Shown here: positions 33,361 through 41,332 of the stretch, piece after piece
How the letters are laid out: the number at the start of each line of letters is the position of its first letter
Position numbering within the stretch: position 1 is the stretch's first letter
From: an uncultured Candidatus Saccharibacteria bacterium
GTDB taxonomy: Bacteria > Patescibacteriota > Minisyncoccia > UBA6257 > 1-14-0-10-44-23
NCBI GenBank assembly: GCA_964641225.1
Contig: CAZXKC010000006.1
Coordinates: 1-59,546, forward strand
Length of the DNA stretch: 59,546 nucleotides
Reading direction: 5' to 3'
Program-made: the position numbers and the translations under genes
Notes under the pieces: model-generated
Databases searched by the model: none
Told to the model about the DNA's origin: nothing
What the model saw: the letters and a program-made list of their open reading frames with translations, nothing else

Positions 33361-35187
33361 ATGAGGATTTTAATCAACCTCAAACATCCTGTTGTTATTT
33401 TTTTTATCGTTGTACTCCTTGGTCTTACTACGGGCGTAATTGTGTTTGAGCATCATTTTGCGAATCGGTTTTTTCCCGGCATATCGTTAGGCGGTATTAA
33501 TGTTGGCGGAAATACGTATCAGGAGGTGCGCGATAACGCGCAGCGCATTGTTCAGCTGCTTGAACAGGAGGGTGTGCAGGTAGTGCTCACAAGTAAGAAT
33601 GGACAAAAAACAATCGTTATCCCTAAGCGTTCCACCGGGCTGACGCCGGATGTTGTAGTTGAGTATTTTACAATTGGTGATTATAAAAAAGCGATCGACG
33701 ATGCCTTTGCGATCGGCCATACTGGTTCACTGATTACGCGTCTAAAGGAGCAGGTGAGCGTTGTGGTGGGTCGGTACGAAGGTGATTACGCAGTAGTGCC
33801 GCTTGAGGATTCTATTCGGGCATTATTGCAGCGAGAGTCTCATGAGATGCTGCCTCAGCCGGAGGACGCGCGATTTACCGCGACGGCAACACGGGTAACA
33901 TTACTTCCTGAAAAAATTGGCGAGAAGATTGATGTTGACGCAGTTGTTGCCGCACTCCAGGTTGCCGTGCGCGGACTAAAAACAAATCGTTTGCAGGCGC
34001 AGGTTATCGAGATACCCGCAGGTGTAACAGCGGCAAAGATCGAGCCGCTGCGGGACTTTGTTGCTGCGCTGGCAAAAAATGCACCTTTAAAATTATCGTA
34101 TAACGGAAAGATACTGTATTTGGGTGGGGCACGACTTGCCGGGTGGCTGACGGTAGATGCTGCGCAGCCGGGCGTGGTAATTAACGTGGCGCAGGCGCCG
34201 CTTAAGAATTTTGTACGCCAGTATATAGACGGAGATTTACCAGGCGCACCGATCAATAGTCGCTTTGCTATGCAGGGCGGTAAGTTAGTTGAGATTGTGC
34301 CCGGCGTCTCCGGAATAGTTGTTGATACGGCTGCACTTGCTGCTCAACTTGAAGCGCTGCTTAACGCGCGGTATGTCTCTTCGGTATTTAAAGGTCAGAT
34401 ACAAACCGCTGATATTGCCGGCATGGAGATTCCTATTTCCTTTCGGCAGGAGTATCCGCTGATTACCTCGAGTACAATTGCGCAATATAAAATCACAGAT
34501 TTAATTGGTTCGGCAAGCACGAGTTTTAAGGGGAGTACGGCTGATCGAATTGTAAATATTAAGCTTGGTGTTGAGCGTTCGAGTGGTTCGCTGATCGCCC
34601 CGGGCGAAGAGTTTTCTTTGGTTGGTGCTATCGGAGAGGTTACGGAGGAGACCGGATTTACCAAAGAGTACGTGATTAAAGGTGACCGTAGTATTAAAGA
34701 GGCAGGTGGAGGATTGTGCCAATTGGCGACGACGGTATTTCGTGGTGCGCTCAACGCCGGTTTGCCAATAACCGAACGGCAAAATCACAGTTATGTTGTC
34801 GGATATTATGGACCCGGACTGGACGCAACAATTTATGGGCCGCATCCTGATTTAAAATTTGTAAATGATACGGGTCGCTATGTGCTTTTTCAGATGCGTA
34901 CAGAGGGAACTAATTTGATTGCGGAGCTTTACGGAACCTCTGATCACCGCGTAGCGACGACGACCGAGCCTGCGCTTGGTGATTACATCGATCCGCCGCC
35001 GACGCGATATATTCCCGATCTCGAGCTTGCCTGGGGTGCTGTTGATTGTCATGACCAGCCTCGAAAAGGGTTGACTGCGGTTGCGACGACAACGGTGACC
35101 TATGCTGACGGGACTGTTCGTACCAAGGTGTTTAATAGTGTGTATACCCCGTGGCCAAAAGTGTGCCTTGTAGGTATTAAAAAATAG
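33361..35187 (+). CDS. VanW family protein
   Basis: 608 aa. N-terminal TM segment. C-terminal VanW core (GGGLCQLATTVFRGALNAGLPITERQNHSY). Confidence 0.85.
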   Translation: MRILINLKHPVVIFFIVVLLGLTTGVIVFEHHFANRFFPGISLGGINVGGNTYQEVRDNAQRIVQLLEQEGVQVVLTSKNGQKTIVIPKRSTGLTPDVVVEYFTIGDYKKAIDDAFAIGHTGSLITRLKEQVSVVVGRYEGDYAVVPLEDSIRALLQRESHEMLPQPEDARFTATATRVTLLPEKIGEKIDVDAVVAALQVAVRGLKTNRLQAQVIEIPAGVTAAKIEPLRDFVAALAKNAPLKLSYNGKILYLGGARLAGWLTVDAAQPGVVINVAQAPLKNFVRQYIDGDLPGAPINSRFAMQGGKLVEIVPGVSGIVVDTAALAAQLEALLNARYVSSVFKGQIQTADIAGMEIPISFRQEYPLITSSTIAQYKITDLIGSASTSFKGSTADRIVNIKLGVERSSGSLIAPGEEFSLVGAIGEVTEETGFTKEYVIKGDRSIKEAGGGLCQLATTVFRGALNAGLPITERQNHSYVVGYYGPGLDATIYGPHPDLKFVNDTGRYVLFQMRTEGTNLIAELYGTSDHRVATTTEPALGDYIDPPPTRYIPDLELAWGAVDCHDQPRKGLTAVATTTVTYADGTVRTKVFNSVYTPWPKVCLVGIKK

Positions 35188-35205
35188 GGAAGTCATAAAA
35201 ACGAG

Positions 35206-35233
35206 CGCGCCCCAGGTCCTTGGCCTGGGGCGT
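35206..35233. terminator. Shared hairpin terminator between the convergent vanW-like and RT genes
   Basis: CGCCCCAGG-tccttgg-CCTGGGGCG. On the plus strand it is followed by TTCGCTATTT. Confidence 0.55.
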
Positions 35234-35236
35234 TCG

Positions 35237-36313
35237 CTATTTGAAGATGAATCCGTCGTCTGGCGGGTTGACGCAGTCGTCCCATGTATCCCAGAAGGTG
35301 TCTGGGTTGATGCGCATCCCAGATCCTTGGCGGAGTTGTTCTTCTTGGAATTTGAGTTTGCTGTAGAGTGAGTCGATCTCTCGGTCGAGCTGGTTCTTGC
35401 CTGGTTCACCGAGTTGCTTGAAAGTGCCGTGCAGGCCGTGAATCGCAGCGATGTGCTCGTAGCCCAGCTCTTCGTTGGCTCCATAGACAGCCTGGTAGAG
35501 GAGCCACCGAAGCTTTTTGCGGAAGTCTTGGCTAAGCGCCAGCCGTGCCGCTTTATGCCATCCGTTCCAGAAGAGGAGAATGCCGGTGATGCAAATCGGG
35601 TGTCCGGCGAACAGATCACCAGAGAACGACTTTTTCTCATTCAGCCTGAATCCAGCAGTCCGTACAGCGTCGCGGATCATTCGCTTAGCTGCCTCTGGAA
35701 TCCGGTTTCGTGAGGAGGCCGTGATGTCGTCGGCATACCGCGTGATCGTGATCGCGAAGCGGCGGGCGATTGCTTCGAGCTGCCGGTCAAGGCGAGCGTC
35801 GCAGTAGAGATTGAAGAGCGTGGGTGCCGATGGAGAGCCGAAGGGCAATCCACCGGACTCAGTCAGGCAGTGCTGAGCCAGGAAGTGACGCCAGAGCTCA
35901 ATCGATTCTCCCTGGCCGATTGCCCGCAAGCCGAGCCCGTCAATGATCTGGGCGAGTTCGATGCCCGGCGTGCTGTCGTATGCGTCTTTGATGTCGATGC
36001 TGTAGAAGAACCGATTACGCCAGTGTCGCTTCACGTTTGCTAGCGGTGACCTACCAGGCCAGAAGGCTGTTGCGATCGAGTCCTTGCGCTCATGAATGGT
36101 CCTGAAGCCGAACACGAGCGTGGAATTGAGATGTCTGTGCAACTTTCGCATCGCGAAGTTTGGCCGGTGTTCTCGTCGCACTTTGTTTTTGTGTGCGGCC
36201 TCAACGATTCTCCATGCAGGAGCCGGTACTTCGCTGATTTCACCGGTTTCCTTGTTTTGCCAAAAGCCCTTGAGGTCATCAAGGGCCCTGGTCGGATTAA
36301 ATACCAGGTCCAT
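35237..36313 (-). CDS. Reverse transcriptase, retron-like / defence-associated RT clade
   Basis: 358 aa. RT motifs in order: FYSIDIKDAYDS (motif A), GGLPFGSPSAPTLFNLY (B), ITRYADDITAS (C, YADD), GFRLNEKKS (D/E) and ICITGILL (VTG-like motif 7). GAGGTG RBS. No endonuclease, maturase or other fused domain. Confidence 0.85.
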   Translation of the reverse strand: MDLVFNPTRALDDLKGFWQNKETGEISEVPAPAWRIVEAAHKNKVRREHRPNFAMRKLHRHLNSTLVFGFRTIHERKDSIATAFWPGRSPLANVKRHWRNRFFYSIDIKDAYDSTPGIELAQIIDGLGLRAIGQGESIELWRHFLAQHCLTESGGLPFGSPSAPTLFNLYCDARLDRQLEAIARRFAITITRYADDITASSRNRIPEAAKRMIRDAVRTAGFRLNEKKSFSGDLFAGHPICITGILLFWNGWHKAARLALSQDFRKKLRWLLYQAVYGANEELGYEHIAAIHGLHGTFKQLGEPGKNQLDREIDSLYSKLKFQEEQLRQGSGMRINPDTFWDTWDDCVNPPDDGFIFK

Positions 36314-36397
36314 GATTCACCTCGGGTTTTGTGATGTGCCAGACAACGAGCCGTGCACGCATTGACCTTACCTCAGGAGAGGGCGTATTTGCAACTA

Positions 36398-36435
36398 TAA
36401 AAATAGTAAACCCTCCTGCCGATGCGACAGGAGGG
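36398..36435 (-). terminator. Intrinsic terminator-like hairpin between the upstream RNA region and the RT ORF
   Basis: CCCTCCTG-9 nt-CAGGAGGG followed on the minus strand by TTTACTATTTTT. Confidence 0.55.
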
Positions 36436-36761
36436 TGTGATGGCGCTAGGGGGTTATACGCGCATTACCCATGAGTGTTTGGATTTTGGGCACCCCGGTT
36501 GGGGTTGAGTTTCTAGCGTGAATCGCGACTGATCGCGGCGACGACCATCGTACTCCGATGTCCGATCTTCGCGAGGAGGTCGTCCTTCCTCGTCCTGATC
36601 CTGGTCGGAAACCATCTGCGCCGGCGATCTCGAACAAACGCTCCCTTGCGAGAGCAACACCAGCCACCAGCGTGACCAGCGAGAGCTTGCGCTCCAATGC
36701 CCGCATCCTCCGCTCACCTTACGCCACAAGCGGCCCATCTTGTCCGCTGCGAACCCCCTTC
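36398..36761 (-). ncRNA. Candidate RT-associated non-coding RNA region (~360 nt, GC-rich)
   Basis: A putative minus-strand promoter, TTGCGC-17 nt-TACATT, lies at 36796-36768. Many local hairpins, including GCTCTC-GCAA-GGGAGC, CGCGA-TCAG-TCGCG and AACCCC-AACC-GGGGTG. Three overlapping ORFs in different frames and strands are not protein-like. The 5' boundary is approximate. Confidence 0.35.
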
Positions 36762-36798
36762 ACATTTAATGTAACTTTTTTACTGAGGATGCGCAATC

Positions 36799-36827
36799 TT
36801 GCCTAGACTGTATTTTTTCTGTAGCAT
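36799..36827 (+). promoter_or_regulatory. Candidate promoter for tRNA-Thr (TTGCCT-17 nt-TAGCAT)
   Basis: Hexamers and spacing read directly. It would give a ~120-nt hairpin-rich leader before the tRNA. Confidence 0.3.
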
Positions 36828-36953
36828 ACAGTAACCGCGCCGATATAAGCCCGTCGTTCTCCAAAGGAGAACGAATCAGGGCGGGCTTGTCGGTAGATGA
36901 TACGGCTCCGCCATTTTGTAGCCGCACTCCAAGGAGTGCCCCGATAGTTCAGT

Positions 36954-37029
36954 GCCACCTTAGCTCAGCTGGTAGAGCAATACTTTCGTAAAGTAGAGGT
37001 CCCGAGTTCGACTCTCGGAGGTGGCTCCA
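36954..37029 (+). tRNA. tRNA-Thr (anticodon CGU), CCA encoded
   Basis: Hand-folded. Acceptor GCCACCT/AGGTGGC, D-arm GCTC-AGCTGGTA-GAGC, anticodon loop TTCGTAA, T-arm CCGAG-TTCGACT-CTCGG, then T-CCA. Confidence 0.88.
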
Positions 37030-37772
37030 TGGATATTTCTCAGCTTACAGAAAAATTGACTGGTCAGTACGATAAAGGCAACGTGCACATTACTGCGTAT
37101 GCCGGTACGGGTGGTGATGACGCCAAGGATTGGGCGCAGATGCTGCTTACGATGTATGCGCGATTTAGCGGTGCGCAGGGGTGGGCGGTTGGTCAGATTG
37201 ATGACAACACGATTGAAATTAAAGGACAGTATGCGTATGGTCTTTTAAAAAAAGAGGCGGGTGTACACCGGCTTGTGCGCATTTCGCCGTATGATGCGAA
37301 GAAGTTGCGCCACACAAGTTTTGCGCTTGTTGAGGTGGTGCCGATTTTGCCAGAGATGGCGCGCAAATTAACTATCCCGCCGGAAGATTTACGTGTTGAA
37401 ACCGCGCGTGCCGGTGGACCCGGTGGGCAGAATGTAAACCGTCGCGAAACTGCGGTACGTATCGTACATTTACCAACAGGTATCGCGGTGACATGTCGCG
37501 AGGAGCGTGGCCAGCTACAAAACAAAGAGAAGGCGATGGTTATGCTCAAGAGCAAGCTCTTGCATTTACAAGAGACCTACCAGAAGGCGACGCTTGCTGA
37601 TTTGCGTACGCATGCCAAACCGGACTTTGGTAGCCAGATTCGTTCATATGTGCTCCACCCGTATAAAATGGTCAAAGACCACAGAACAAAGGCGGAAACA
37701 ACGCGCGCTGAAGAGGTTTTGAAAGGTGAATTGGATAAATTCATTGAGGCGGAGCTGACTGAATCTGTATAA
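37029..37772 (+). CDS. prfB: Peptide chain release factor 2 lacking the N-terminal domain 1
   Basis: 247 aa. SPY (SPF-equivalent) motif followed by RHTSFA, GGQ motif (GGPGGQNVN) and C-terminal GSQIRSYVL. The alignment to RF2 starts at about residue 110 of the E. coli protein. The ATG shares its A with the tRNA CCA end. Confidence 0.8.
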   Translation: MDISQLTEKLTGQYDKGNVHITAYAGTGGDDAKDWAQMLLTMYARFSGAQGWAVGQIDDNTIEIKGQYAYGLLKKEAGVHRLVRISPYDAKKLRHTSFALVEVVPILPEMARKLTIPPEDLRVETARAGGPGGQNVNRRETAVRIVHLPTGIAVTCREERGQLQNKEKAMVMLKSKLLHLQETYQKATLADLRTHAKPDFGSQIRSYVLHPYKMVKDHRTKAETTRAEEVLKGELDKFIEAELTESV

Positions 37773-37790
37773 ATACGGTATTATTACCGT

Positions 37791-39116
37791 ATGCCTTCGT
37801 TTGCCCAGAAACATCGTTTTCTTTTGCTTAGCATTGCAATGCTTGCAACGCTGATTGCTGTTGGTGTTGTGACCTATCATTTTGCCGCACTTGCAGAGCA
37901 GGAGAAGTTGGTTGAACGTACGCAAACTGTTGCGAGCGCGCTCGGCGCCTCGGAGATTGCGCAGTTAAGCGGCGATATTACTGATTTAGATACGCCGGCG
38001 TATCAATTATTGAAAGATAGATTGATCAGAATCGGTGTGGTCAATACCGACGTTGTCTCGGTGTATGTAACGGGATATAGGCAAGGTACGGTATTTTTTT
38101 ACGCAGATTCTGTGGCTGAACACGACGTTGATGAGGCGGCGCCCGGGTTAGAGTATCCCGAGGCGACACCTTTATTTAAGAGTGTTTTTACGGAGGGCAA
38201 CACAACTTTTGAGGGACCGCTCGCTGATCGCTGGGGAACGTGGGCCTCGGGTCTGGTGCCTGTGCTTGATCCGATTACCGGTGCTGTGATCGCCGCGGTT
38301 GGTATGGACATCGACGGCAACGTCTACCGATTGCGCGTGGTTACTCGCACTGCTGTACCTGTATCGCTTCTCGGAATGGTCTTTTTGCTGTGCTTTATTG
38401 TATATTTCCGATATACAAAAAATAAAGAGCTGCTTGATCTTAAGTCGAAATTTGTCTCAATTGCATCTCATGAGTTGCGTTCTCCAATCTCCGGTATTAT
38501 CTGGGCCACAGAATCACTCAAGACGACGACTGCGATTGATCCGGATATTAAAAAGACGATTGAGTTAGTTGGAAGTACCGGCAGACATCTGCTATCGACG
38601 GTTAATGAGATTCTTAATTTATCTGCCCTTGAAGGAGCGCATGTGCAAAAAGTTACTCGAGGGCTCGTAAGCATGAAGGCCTTGGTTGTTGAGATTATCG
38701 AGAGCCTGGTGCTTGTTGCGCAAGAGCGCGATGTTGAAATTGTTATCGACGCTTCGCTTACAGATTCAGTCGAGATTGTTTGTGATCGCGAAAAAACTAA
38801 GCGGATAGTATCGAATGTGTTAACAAACGCGCTTAAGTATTCATCGAAGGGAGGGACGGTGACGATTGCATATCGAGCCGAGCGCGGAGTACCTGTCGTT
38901 AGTGTCTCTGACCAGGGTATGGGTGTTCCGGTCAGCGAGGAGAGCCGTATTTTTAAAGGTGATTTTCGTGCCGGCAATGCCGCGCAGTCAGAGATTGCCG
39001 GAAGCGGCATGGGGTTGCATTTGGCGCGCGAACTCATGGAGCGTCAGGGTGGCACGATTCGGTTTGAGTCTTCGGCAGGTAAGGGAACGACATTTTTTAT
39101 TCGATTTAAGCCCTAG
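37791..39116 (+). CDS. Sensor histidine kinase
   Basis: Two TM segments flank an extracytoplasmic domain. H-box SHELRSP. HATPase N/G boxes (NALKYS, GSGMGL). Confidence 0.85.
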   Translation: MPSFAQKHRFLLLSIAMLATLIAVGVVTYHFAALAEQEKLVERTQTVASALGASEIAQLSGDITDLDTPAYQLLKDRLIRIGVVNTDVVSVYVTGYRQGTVFFYADSVAEHDVDEAAPGLEYPEATPLFKSVFTEGNTTFEGPLADRWGTWASGLVPVLDPITGAVIAAVGMDIDGNVYRLRVVTRTAVPVSLLGMVFLLCFIVYFRYTKNKELLDLKSKFVSIASHELRSPISGIIWATESLKTTTAIDPDIKKTIELVGSTGRHLLSTVNEILNLSALEGAHVQKVTRGLVSMKALVVEIIESLVLVAQERDVEIVIDASLTDSVEIVCDREKTKRIVSNVLTNALKYSSKGGTVTIAYRAERGVPVVSVSDQGMGVPVSEESRIFKGDFRAGNAAQSEIAGSGMGLHLARELMERQGGTIRFESSAGKGTTFFIRFKP

Positions 39117-39147
39117 TCTGCAAAAAATGAAGTATAGAGTATACTGA

Positions 39148-39540
39148 ATGCATATGGCATACACTATTCTTACAATCGACGATGATGCATTGATGCGTGC
39201 TTCTATCGTGAATGCCTTTAAGGCTGAGCGTGATTTTTCGGTGATTGAGGCGGCCGGCGGTAAAGACGGATTGTCGCTCGCGCTATCAAAACACCCGGAT
39301 CTTATTTTGCTTGATATTGCGATGTCGGATTTAGATGGTTTGGCGGTATTGCGTCAGCTTCGCCAAGACGTTTGGGGTAAGACGGCGCTCGTTATATTGC
39401 TTACAAGCCTAACGGTTTCTGACATGATTATGGAGGAGGTTGCGACTCAGGAGCCGGCGTTTACCTTGCGTAAAGATGAATGCAGCATCGCTGATGTTGT
39501 CGGTAAAGTGAAGGAGGCGCTGAAAATTGGTAGTTTGTAG
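39148..39540 (+). CDS. Stand-alone response regulator receiver domain
   Basis: CheY-like fold with IDDD, LLDIAMSDLDG and LLTS. No output domain. Confidence 0.85.
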   Translation: MHMAYTILTIDDDALMRASIVNAFKAERDFSVIEAAGGKDGLSLALSKHPDLILLDIAMSDLDGLAVLRQLRQDVWGKTALVILLTSLTVSDMIMEEVATQEPAFTLRKDECSIADVVGKVKEALKIGSL

Positions 39541-39635
39541 TAGGTAGTGAGTAGAGAGAAATATGCTATAATTTTACGAGTGAGGCCTATTTTTGCTTTG
39601 CTACTCCCTACAAACTACGCACTATACATTCGAAA

Positions 39636-40319
39636 ATGATTCAATTTATTAATGTTTCTAAAATTTACGAAAATCGAGCCGTTGGGCTCGAGGACGTAAG
39701 TTTTACTATAAAGCCGGGTGAGTTTGTCTCGCTCGTTGGCCGATCAGGCGCCGGTAAAAGCACTCTTATTAAGCTGCTTATTGGCGAGGAGCATCCGAGC
39801 AAGGGCAGAATCTTGTTTGGCGCATACGAAGTTAACAAGCTTAAAAGCAACGACATGAGCCAGCTGCGTCGCCAAATTGGTATTGTATTTCAAGATTTTC
39901 GATTGCTGCCCAATAAGACTGCGTTTGAAAACGCTGCCTTTGCGCTTGAGGCGGGGGGGCGGCCTCAGTCAGAAATTGAAGAATTCGTGCCACAGGTACT
40001 TGAAATGGTTGGGTTGGCCAGCAAAAAAAATCATTTTCCGCACCAGCTTTCCGGCGGAGAAAAACAACGTGTTGCAATTGCTCGCGCTATGATTCACCAC
40101 CCGGCTGTGATTATTGCTGATGAGCCGACCGGAAACTTAGACGATATTAACAGCGAAGAGATTATTAAACTTCTGTTACGTATCAATGAATTAGGCACAA
40201 CTGTGCTGCTTGCAACACACAATAAAGATATTGTGAACAAGCTGAAGCGGCGCGTGATTTCGATGGTAGATGGCCGGATTGTGCGAGATGAGCCAAACGG
40301 GAAATACATCATAATGTAA
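39636..40319 (+). CDS. ftsE: Cell division ATP-binding protein FtsE
   Basis: Walker A GRSGAGKST, signature LSGGEKQR, Walker B IIADEPTG. Followed by ftsX. Confidence 0.9.
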   Translation: MIQFINVSKIYENRAVGLEDVSFTIKPGEFVSLVGRSGAGKSTLIKLLIGEEHPSKGRILFGAYEVNKLKSNDMSQLRRQIGIVFQDFRLLPNKTAFENAAFALEAGGRPQSEIEEFVPQVLEMVGLASKKNHFPHQLSGGEKQRVAIARAMIHHPAVIIADEPTGNLDDINSEEIIKLLLRINELGTTVLLATHNKDIVNKLKRRVISMVDGRIVRDEPNGKYIIM

Positions 40320-40380
40320 TTACAAATAACAGATTATAAATTACAAATGGAAAACAGAGCGTTCAATCAAATTTTTTCTT

Positions 40381-40408
40381 TGCAATTTGCAATTTGCAAT
40401 TTGTAATC
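40381..40408 (+). repeat. Tandem heptamer TGCAATT x3 (+ TGTAATC) in the ftsE-ftsX spacer
   Basis: Read directly. ATTACAAAT also occurs twice upstream (40319, 40340) in inverted orientation to ATTTGTAAT at 40399. TATAAT follows, 8 nt before the ftsX ATG. Confidence 0.8.
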
Positions 40409-40422
40409 TATAATTACCCCGC

Positions 40423-41331
40423 ATGGCAACAAGCTTCCTGCGAATTCTTAAATACGGATTTCAAAGTTTTTGGCGAAACGGCTGGCTTTCAATGGCAACT
40501 GTTTTGGTTATGGTACTCGCGCTGATGACGCTTGAGGGGTTGTTGTTGTTTGATGTGATGACGAGTGCTGCAGTTACGTCTATTCAAGACAAGATAGATA
40601 TTGCCGTGTACTTTAAACGCAGCTCGGCTGAAGACGACATGCTTGCACTTAAGAAGGCTGTTGAAAAGTTGCCGGAAGTAAAATTGGTTGAATACGTTTC
40701 GAGCGATGAAGCGCTTGAGGATTTTAAGGCCAAGCACGCAAATGATCCGACGATTAATCAGGCACTTGCTGAGCTTAGTCAAAATCCGTTGCTTGCATCT
40801 ATTAATATCAAGGCTAACGATCCAAATCAGTATGCAGGTATTGCAAGTTATCTTGATAAGAGTGCGCCCAGCGGCTTGATAGAAAAGGTAACGTATAGTC
40901 AAAATAAGGGCGCCATTGATCGTCTTAATAAGTTCGTTGATACCCTGAACCGGATGGGGCTTGCAACAACGCTCTTTCTTGCGTTTGCGGCAAGTCTTGT
41001 TGCATTTAATACGATCCGCTTGGCCATTTATTCTAATCGCGACGAGATCGGTATTATGCGCTTGGTAGGTGCCTCAAACACGTTTATTAAGGGTCCGTAT
41101 TTGGTTACGGGCATTATGTACGGCTTTTTTGGCGTCCTGGTTGCACTTATTTTTATGGCGCCGGTTATGAACATTGTTGATCCATACATAAGCCACCTCG
41201 TGCCCGAGGTGCATCTTGAAACATATTTCTACGCTAACATTTTCTCGCTCTTCGGATACATGCTTCTCTTTGGAGCCGCGCTTGGATTTATTAGTAGCTG
41301 GATCGCTACGCGTCGCTACCTTAAAGTCTAG
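40423..41331 (+). CDS. ftsX: Cell division permease FtsX
   Basis: 302 aa. TM1, large extracytoplasmic loop and three C-terminal TM segments. Gene order with ftsE. Confidence 0.88.
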   Translation: MATSFLRILKYGFQSFWRNGWLSMATVLVMVLALMTLEGLLLFDVMTSAAVTSIQDKIDIAVYFKRSSAEDDMLALKKAVEKLPEVKLVEYVSSDEALEDFKAKHANDPTINQALAELSQNPLLASINIKANDPNQYAGIASYLDKSAPSGLIEKVTYSQNKGAIDRLNKFVDTLNRMGLATTLFLAFAASLVAFNTIRLAIYSNRDEIGIMRLVGASNTFIKGPYLVTGIMYGFFGVLVALIFMAPVMNIVDPYISHLVPEVHLETYFYANIFSLFGYMLLFGAALGFISSWIATRRYLKV

Positions 41332-41332
41332 A

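Noticed and set aside
34852-35640. 262-aa minus-strand ORF spanning the VanW 3' end and the RT 3' end.
   Set aside because: It crosses the convergent terminator and is out of frame with the RT. Its Ser/Arg-rich translation indicates an artefact.
36314-36445. Direct repeat ATCACA 106 nt apart just upstream of the RT, considered as template-jump sites for rolling-circle reverse transcription (DRT2-like).
   Set aside because: A 6-nt repeat is expected by chance, the 106-nt period is not a multiple of three, and no supporting structure was seen. It is too speculative to report as a finding.
36446-36806. Three small ORFs upstream of the RT (86 aa and 94 aa on the minus strand, 82 aa on the plus strand).
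   Set aside because: They overlap one another in different frames. Their translations are Arg/Ser/Trp/Pro-rich and not protein-like. The 86-aa frame has an AGGTGA site and a hydrophobic N-terminus, so it remains only a weak alternative to the ncRNA interpretation.
35237-36835. Diversity-generating retroelement or group II intron interpretation of the RT.
   Set aside because: Motif B is FGSPSAP, not the DGR-type IGNxxSQ. No TR/VR repeat pair was seen nearby. There is no maturase/endonuclease extension and no intron domain V/VI-like sequence.
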